NCBI GenBank assembly: GCA_964057225.1 | Contig: OZ059895.1 | Span: forward strand, 18,414,001 to 18,478,000 | Direction: 5' to 3' | DNA from: Auanema rhodensis | Taxonomy: Eukaryota; Animalia; Nematoda | DNA: 64,000 bases | Notes under the pieces: model-generated | What the model was told of the DNA's origin: nothing | Seen by the model: only the letters and a program-made list of their open reading frames with translations | The model's database searches: none | Translations under genes and position numbers: made by a program | Part shown: positions 56,101 through 64,000 of the stretch, one piece after another | How positions within the stretch are numbered: position 1 is the first letter of the stretch | Layout of the letters: each line of letters starts with the position of its first letter

Positions 56101-56666
56101 TCAATTGAAAAGTATTTTGAAGCCCGTTCGATAGAATATGAATGACCGTCCGAGGTATGGATATGGCCATCAAAAACCCCGTCAATAATAGAACCGTATA
56201 CACGAGAGTGAGGATCACCTGAAAATAGCAAATTAAATATTTAGAAGGATTCACCGAAATTACCCTTTATAAAACCTTCATAAAGAAAATCATGAGGCTT
56301 TATTTCTACATATTCTCCGTCGACGTCAACAGTGTGAGATTCATGAAATGGGCCCGTTGAATCATCGATGGGTTCCAAAAATAAATGGAACGATCTCAAA
56401 AAAAAAACAGCGTTAGAACAATCACAAATAATCCTACCTGTTATACGCATTAAATTTTAAATTTAAAGGCTCTGAATAAAGTGACCGTTTGCGTCTTGCA
56501 GCAATAACCGCACGTGAATTATAGTTAAGAGTTTGAAAATTGTCAACAAAATTATTCAAAGAAAGAACTGAAAGATGATCACTGTCCTGAATAATAGATT
56601 CGTAATGATCTTACCTGATATTGGAATACAAAGAAATATTAACGCGCATTTACTCAGTGACAGCAT
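53177..56666 (-). CDS. sup-17: ADAM10/Kuzbanian metalloprotease-disintegrin
   Basis: Signal peptide [17 protein letters not shown], prodomain, furin site [38 protein letters not shown], zinc motif [12 protein letters not shown] and Met-turn GNFIMF. Disintegrin [15 protein letters not shown], Cys-rich [30 protein letters not shown] and a Pro-rich tail with PPPPY. Many ~45-50 nt introns. Confidence 0.96.
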
Positions 56667-57371
56667 TAGCAGCGTATGGATATAATAAAATCTAGTAAAT
56701 AAAACACACTAGCATGAATCCTCCTTAAATAATATGACACTCTAACCTATAATAAATAATAAATAAAAAGTGATGATAATTTTAATTTCCAAGGAGTAAT
56801 TGAAGCAATATATACTAATATCAAATAATGGATTTAAATTAGATTCCACAGAATTATTAAGCTCTTTATACAAAATCACAAAGAAATGAAAATCGGAAAA
56901 ATGTTAAAGAATACGGAAGAGTTTTCTAGTATTTACGTATGGTCGAAAAGTGCTGGATTCAAACAAGCCAAAACAAACAGATATCGGTTCATAGCTTAGT
57001 TTAAGTTTGGCAAAATGGGAAAAACGGGTAGTATATATTAAAAAACGGACAAATTACAACAAATAAAAAATGATATAAACACTTCAAAATTAATTTGAAG
57101 CTAAACTTATTTTGAATACACTTGAACTATGAATCATCACGAGATATTACGGAGAGGACCCAAACGGTTGACATACATGTACAGACTCAAAGGTCTAACA
57201 ACAGTAGCATTGGTACATTTATTTTAGCCGCCGCGCAGGTTATCATCTTGCCTCTGAGTCGTAAGTAGTAATGGTTTTCAAAGTTCTTTTCGTTTTGTAT
57301 CATTTTTCATGAAAAATTGAATAATATTTTAAATATGGCTTAATTACTTATAGATTAAATTGTTCCCAAAA
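56667..57371. promoter_or_regulatory. Probable bidirectional promoter region between sup-17 and the OCIA-domain gene
   Basis: Divergent ATGs ~705 bp apart, a GC-richer patch GCCGCCGCGCAGG (~57227), and a probable 5'UTR intron GTAAGT(57261)...TTATAG(57352) before the OCIAD ATG. Confidence 0.55.
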
Positions 57372-58170
57372 ATGAGTAATCAAACACCTTCTTACATGCA
57401 AAATTCTCAGTCCCGAGCTAAATTGCAATTGAATAATGAAGAAATTCAACATTTACTAAATAAAATTTCAAGTGATGAACAAAAGGAGCTCACTGAAATT
57501 ATGAGAACATGTACATCAGAGGTTTGAATTTGTGGGTGTTTTCTACTATTTAATGTTAGCCATGTGTTTCAGGTTGCAATGACAAGAGGGCTTCCGATAT
57601 CCGCTGCGATATTAGGGTCACTTTATTTCGCCCGTACTCGTCTTCCAACAAAATATCATTTCGGACCTAAAGGATGGCCGTTCTATGCGATTATGGGAAT
57701 TGGATCTATGACTGTTGTGAATCTTTTCTCAATGGGAATGTGTAGAGATAGAATACAGCCTAAAATTGAACAGTTGTGGACAAAGGTATATCATCTATCG
57801 ATATACAATTTATAGCATTTGTTTATTATAGTATCAAAACAACGCAAACAGTCAGAATTATGATTCTATTCGTGCTCAGCATAGAACAGGTGTTTCTCAG
57901 CAATCACACAAGCAAGATCATCAACATGCAGATCCAGCATATTCATATGAGTCTTCTCATCAAAATACTGCTCAGCAATATATTAAAGAGGAACCGATGT
58001 CTTCTTATAGTCACGATTATCACAGTTCTACTGCACAAGGGAGAACATTTGATTTAACTCAGGATTCACCGAAGCCTGTTAGTCGACCTCTTCCTCCGCA
58101 GTTCATATACGACGATGCTCCTACTTATATGTCAGGTACTCCCTCCGGTTCCAAGCGAAATGATTTTTAG
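57372..58170 (+). CDS. OCIA-domain protein (OCIAD1/Asrij-like), 233 aa, exons 57372-57521, 57573-57785, 57832-58170
   Basis: EQKELTEIMRTCTSEVAMTRGLPISA...HFGPKGWPFYAIMGIGSMTVVNLFSMGMCRDRI follows the OCIA pattern (E..v..eC..E....R.lP...two hydrophobic helices...S...C..k). NYDSIRAQHR resembles the OCIAD1 YEELR.KNR motif. The gene structure is firm; the family call is by motif recognition. Confidence 0.7.
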
Positions 58171-58924
58171 AGATTTAACAATTGAAAAAATGCATTATTC
58201 GTAGCTTCATATTGCGTGCGTGTAAACTCTTGTTGCAGGTTCATAGTTTATTGTTTTTAATATACAGTTACTAAAGTATTATTATAGTTTAAATTTGTTA
58301 TTAAATTATAAAACAAAGTCAAATTGTGATAAGAGCAAGAACGGAGTTTCGATTATCATCTGAACAACTCTAATCTTCCAGTGTACGTCATTGTGCGCAA
58401 GTGAAAACTATTTTTCCCCACACAGCGCTTACTTACAAAGAAACCGTACTATTGATTTATAATTTGTCCAGTGGTTGTATTCCATATTAGATCCTAGTTT
58501 CTTTTAGTAAATTATACTATTTTACCTTTTATTACATAGGATATTGCTTATAATAGTTTTAGACTACTGAACAACACTACAACCAAACCTCTTATTCAAT
58601 TATCTGCCTATCTTGAATTTATTTAAGTAATTATTGGTACAACCCGTATATATGAAACTGGGTTGATCAAACATGAGAAAATGAGTGAAACATTATTTTT
58701 TTTAAATTATAAACAAAAAATAAAGCTTTTCATGATCCACTTTTGCAGAGCAATGTTATTATCTGTATCTTTCGATGTTTGAACTCGTATCTTTATTTGG
58801 AAGAGGTCTTATCTTCTCTTCTTAATTATCTCTTGTATTATCAACATGTGAACTGTTCTATAAATTACCTTCCCTTGTTACTGTGTTTTCAAAAATTTAT
58901 TTTTTTTAATAAGTTTGTTGTAGA

Positions 58925-60934
58925 ATGTTTAATCTTGGTCCAAATACTCTAAAGATTTCTGCCTCACTCTTTGCTGAGAATCGCAAACGTCTTGTTCAAG
59001 CATTGAAAGGAAAGGCTTCCCCTAAAAGTGTAGTTGTATTGAAAGGAGGAGTTGAGAAGAATCGCTACAACACTGATGCTAATGAGCTTCCTTTCCGACA
59101 GGTATTGTTTAATACATATCTCTATTACAATTTTAAAATTAATTTCTTCTAGGAATCCTATTTCTTTTGGACTTTCGGAGTTCTGGAGAGCGAGTTTTAC
59201 GGAGCTGTTGATTTAGACAGTGGTCGTTCTATTCTTTTTGCTCCAATTTTAGATCCCAGTTATGCCATTTGGGATGGAAAGTAAGCTACTAATCTCCATA
59301 AATCTAATTTACTATGAAAAAATAGGATTAACAATGAAGACTTTTTCAAAAATAAGTATCAAGTTGATGAAGTAAAGTTCAATGATAGAAATACTATACA
59401 TGATACTCTGAAAGGCTTCAATGCACAACAAGTTTACCTTCTGGTACTGTGTCCTGAAACTTCACTGAATATGACAAATACTTATAATTTCAGAGGGCTG
59501 ATAATAGCGACAGTGGAGATATTCTTGAAGTCCCAGATTTCGCCGGCAAGGATCAGTATGATAAGCTTGGAATTTTGAGAATTCTCTGTTTTTTAGATTC
59601 AACGTTGATATAAACGTCTTATATCCTATTATGGCCGAACTTAGAGTATTCAAGACCGATGCTGAAATCGAGGTGCTTTTATTTTTCAATATAATTTATA
59701 AATGTTTACGGACAGGTTATGAGATATGCGAGTAAAATTGCTTCAGAAGCTCATCGCGCTGCTATGAGACATGTTAAACCTGGTCTTTATGAATATCAGC
59801 TTGAAAGGCAAAATACCAACATTTGAAGTTTTATATAAATTTCTGATTTTAGTCTCTTCCGTCATATTTCGCATTATCATGGAGGCTGTCGTCATATGGC
59901 TTATACCTGCATAGCTGCCACGTAACATTTGATATCTAGAAAAGGATGAAACTCACTTTTCAGGGGATGTAACAGTTCGGTTTTGCATTATGGTCATGCT
60001 AACGCCCCCAATGAGAAATTAATCAAGGATGGTGATATGTGCCTCTTTGATATGGGACCTGAATATTCTTGTTATGGTAAAAACAAATTGTAAAATTCAA
60101 GAATTTACTTATACATTTAAGCATCTGATGTAACAACTTCTTTCCCTGCCAATGGAAAATTCACAAACAATCAAAAGATTATTTACAACGCTGTTTTGGA
60201 TGCTAATAGAACAGTACTTAGAGAAGCTAAACCAGGAGTTAGGTGGACGGATATGCATATTTTGGCCGAAAAGGTTATATTAACTCATCTCAAGGATGCT
60301 GGCTTAGTCACTGGTTACTTTTTTCAACATAATATTATGTACTATTTTATGTTCAGGTGAAATCGATGAGATGGTTAATGCTCGCCTTGGAGCTGTTTTC
60401 CAACCTCATGGTCTTGGGCACTTGATTGGGCTGGATGTTCATGATTGTGGAGGTTATCTGGGGGTTAGTTTAGATAAACAACATCATTAACATTGTATTT
60501 TAGGATGCTCTTCCACGCTCTGAATTGCCAGGATTGAAAAGCTTAAGATGCACTAGAACCTTGCAAGAGCGCATGGTATATTTGAATTTCTCTTTTCACA
60601 TTAATTTAAGTTTTAGATAATTACAATTGAGCCTGGCTGCTACTTCGTCGATACTCTCCTTGATGATGCCTTTAGCAAACCTGAACTAGCGAAATATCTG
60701 AATAAAGATAAAATAAATGAGTTTAGAGGAAGTGGAGGGGTGAGTTTTGAATGAAATACAATGTATTGTAAAAAATTTTAGGTTCGTATCGAAGATGATG
60801 TAGTTATCTGGGCTAAAGGTAATGAGAGCATGAGCGATCTGCCAAGAACTGTTGAAGAAATTGAGCAATTCATGTCGGGACCATCATTGTCCGCTGAAGA
60901 AATAGAAGAAAGCATCAAGAAATTTTTGCAGTGA
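58925..60934 (+). CDS. PEPD: Xaa-Pro dipeptidase (prolidase, peptidase M24B)
   Basis: [103 protein letters not shown] and GGVRIEDDV; all metal-ligand motifs are present. One intron (59808-59852) is GC-AG. Confidence 0.96.
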
Positions 60935-61377
60935 AGATTTATTGACGATTTAAATAACGGATAAACATTTAACAAAGATTCGTAGTCTAATGCAATTAGA
61001 GCGAGGAGAGAAACATACTAAAAAAGAACAGCAAAGTTTAACGAACAAGGAATTTAATGATTAACAAAAAATTCAAAATATTGTACACAACAAGTTAGCA
61101 ATGGACATGGGTGTAAAATAGATATTTTACTGGAGAGATACAGTTTGGAGTCATACACTAAGTACAGCAAAAACTATTGTGCTGCCTCAAAAAATGATTG
61201 TGTAGTTTACAGATGAATGATGTTTTTTATATATTGAAAACATAATAAATGGTTATTAGGTTGAAATGAGTTTATTTAACAAAAAAGAAAGACGTTAAAT
61301 TGTACTTAACATTACGTATTGAACCCTCCTTTTTGCAGTGACGCAATAATACAGAGTGTTGGTCACGAACTTCCCCC

Positions 61378-61858
61378 TTAGAAACATCCTCCAAGTTGTT
61401 CTTGATAAACCTAACAGAAAAAAATGAAACAAACTGGAAATCTTCAGCTTACCTCGATAACATCGTCCTCTTCCATTTCTAAACTTTTTGGTGTATCTTC
61501 ATCATTAATACGGCGACCATCAAAAAGGAACCTAATAAAATACGTACCAGACTACATAAAAAAAATACAATCAACAAACCTCAAAGATGAAACGGCGACA
61601 CCTGTTCTGTCAGCGTATGATTTTTTCAACTTTCCCATGGAAGTTCCATACTTGACACGAAAATGAACTTCATTCGAATCCTTAAGAAATAATTAAATCA
61701 AAAATAAACAAGCAAACAAATATAAAAAATACGTGAGAGAATCTGTATAAACAACTTCATATAAATAAACTTACTTGACCAACAACTTTCAACTTGATAT
61801 ATTCCTGATTACCACCAGCTTCTCCATCTCCAGCAGTTGTATTAGCAGCATCAGCCAT
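61378..61858 (-). CDS. smo-1: SUMO (small ubiquitin-like modifier), 4 exons
   Basis: MADAANTTAGDGEAGGNQEYIKLKVVGQ|DSNEVHFRVKYGTSMGKLKKSYADRTGVAVSSLR|FLFDGRRINDEDTPKSLEMEEDDVIE|VYQEQLGGCF*, with the di-glycine motif present. Confidence 0.97.
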
Positions 61859-62770
61859 TTTAAAAATTAATCTGCAGTATATTTTATAAGTACTTTATGC
61901 ATTATAAAGTCCTGCACAATTGAAGTTAAAGTTCTACTCAACTATGTCTATAGTGTTAAAAAAGACAACAAATAATAATATAATAAATATTGATTAATTT
62001 GAGCAAGACTTTCAACTGGTTAAAACGCAGGCTGAATAGCGTTTCCCGCTAAACTGCGAGGCAGACCTTTTGAAAATACGCACATGTCCTCACATGGGGA
62101 ACCATGCAGTAGAATTAGTACGATACTTTCATATAACGCTACTTTGAAGGCTGGCGTCTCTTGCACCTTTCTAGCGCCTTTTTTTAAATCCGTGGCACAT
62201 ATTTGGCAAGAATTTGAATAGCTTGGGTAGAAATTAGTATGTTTGATGTAGACTGCACATCTGTCCGCGTTCTGCCAGAACGCACCTGGGTTGTGAAAAG
62301 TACTGAAATGAGACGTTTATGGTTTGCTTATGGGCGGTAACTATTTCAAAATCAATTTGATTTCGATCAATAATGTCTGGGAAGCACTAAAGGGAAAGAT
62401 TATGAAAGACTTTTTTTATCGATTACGTGTGTAAAAAAATATTGGAGGTGTGGTTTAAACGATGAGTCATCACAATAAGATAAAATCCTTATAAAAGTTC
62501 TACTCATGCTTCGACAAATGCTATGCTTTCTCCGTGAACTTCAAACTTTACTTTTTAATTTCTTTAGTGATCACGAAGAAATACAGATGCAATTTCATTT
62601 CGTTTGTCCATGAAATCTTTTAGTAATAAAAAACCTTTTCAATTTTAGCTCAAAACTGTATTTAGACATGTGCTATCGATTTCTGAAAGTTTGTTTGAAA
62701 ATTCTAATTTCTTTTAATGCTTTTCCTTGGTGTAACTTTATATCTTCTTTCAAATTTTAGATTTTATTCT
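61859..62770. promoter_or_regulatory. Probable bidirectional promoter region between smo-1 and PDCD6
   Basis: Divergent ATGs ~910 bp apart, a GC-richer core at 62030-62340 and E2F-like TTTCCCGC at 62042-62049. Acceptor-like sites lie just upstream of both ATGs (CTGCAG for smo-1, TTTTAG for PDCD6). Confidence 0.55.
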
Positions 62771-63480
<710 letters not shown>

Positions 63481-63845
63481 ATCGCATGTTATTCATGTTT
63501 ATAATGATGCCTGTCCATTTCTCTTAAAACTTATCAATGTTGTGATATCAAACTGAATGGTTTCAGGTTGGCACAATTCTGTTCAATAAACTGTCATAGG
63601 CTGGTTGAAAGAGTTTGGTTGTATTGTTTATTGTTTTACCGTTTCATATTGTACAAAGTCATTTCTTGTGAATATTTAATGAATTTTATGTAACAAAAGC
63701 TTGATTATAGATACAAATTATGCATAGACACATATGTTAAAGTTGAGCTGTAAGCGCATATATATACAGTATAGAACGTTGGTTAGTCAGGAGTAAGATT
63801 GTACAAATTTTAAATACAACATAGCGAAAAATTCGAAGATTAATT

Positions 63846-64000
63846 TCAAAAAAGCCCTGCCTCTTTTCTTAGACGAATCTGCTTCCATTCTGGAAGAGAG
63901 TAAAACTGGTCCCTCATCATTTGAAATGTATTTGAGAAATCTTCTTCGCTAAGATACTGTTCCAGATTATTAAGATCAATTCCTTCTGGAAGGGCAGAGC
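63846..64000 (-). CDS. C-terminal villin headpiece domain of a villin/supervillin-like gene (partial, 3' end; viln-1-like)
   Basis: SALPEGIDLNNLEQYLSEEDFSNTFQMMRDQFYSLPEWKQIRLRKEAGLF* matches the headpiece consensus LPEGVD...LE.YL..EDF...F.M....F..LP.WKQ..L.K..GLF. Confidence 0.92.
   Translation of the reverse strand, partial: SALPEGIDLNNLEQYLSEEDFSNTFQMMRDQFYSLPEWKQIRLRKEAGLF

Noticed and set aside
58171-58924. OCIAD-PEPD as an SL2 operon
   Set aside because: Same strand, but ~750 bp stop-to-start with its own promoter-like patch (GTACGTCA, TGCGCAA near 58385-58400). This is longer than the typical ~100 bp intercistronic gap; it cannot be fully excluded without SL2 data.
61733-61742. 10-nt micro-exon (CAG|ATTCTCTCAC|GT) within smo-1 intron 1
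   Set aside because: Would leave a ~32-nt upstream intron, below the ~43+ nt seen locally, and cause a frameshift.

Overview
AT-rich eukaryotic genomic DNA from a nematode, most likely rhabditid/clade V. This is inferred from TTTCAG-type acceptors, many ~45-50 nt introns, Srt-class chemoreceptors and close similarity to C. elegans proteins. Most supplied ORFs are spurious or exon fragments, so genes were assembled by hand from splice sites and phases. Left to right: 5' end of a UDP-glycosyltransferase (-, runs off the window); two tandem intact 9-exon Srt-like chemoreceptors (-); a CD36/SCAV scavenger receptor (+); a 154-aa secreted helical protein with an internal repeat reminiscent of ABA-1/polyprotein-allergen units (+); a TRH-receptor-like GPCR (trhr-1, -). 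Next comes a ~21 kb stretch with no recognisable gene, rich in GA/CT microsatellites, with a 20-bp minisatellite, three perfect CRE palindromes and an orphan signal-peptide exon candidate. The window ends in a very compact housekeeping cluster: ADAM10/sup-17 (-), OCIA-domain protein (+), prolidase with a GC-AG intron (+), SUMO/smo-1 (-), ALG-2/PDCD6 (+) and the 3' end of a villin/supervillin headpiece gene (-). No tRNA, rRNA, CRISPR or transposase was recognised, and I found no clearly new multi-gene system. The best leads are the secreted repeat protein, the orphan exon in the desert, possible alternative TRHR tail exons, the ADAM10/OCIAD head-to-head pair and paired back-to-back poly(A) signals.
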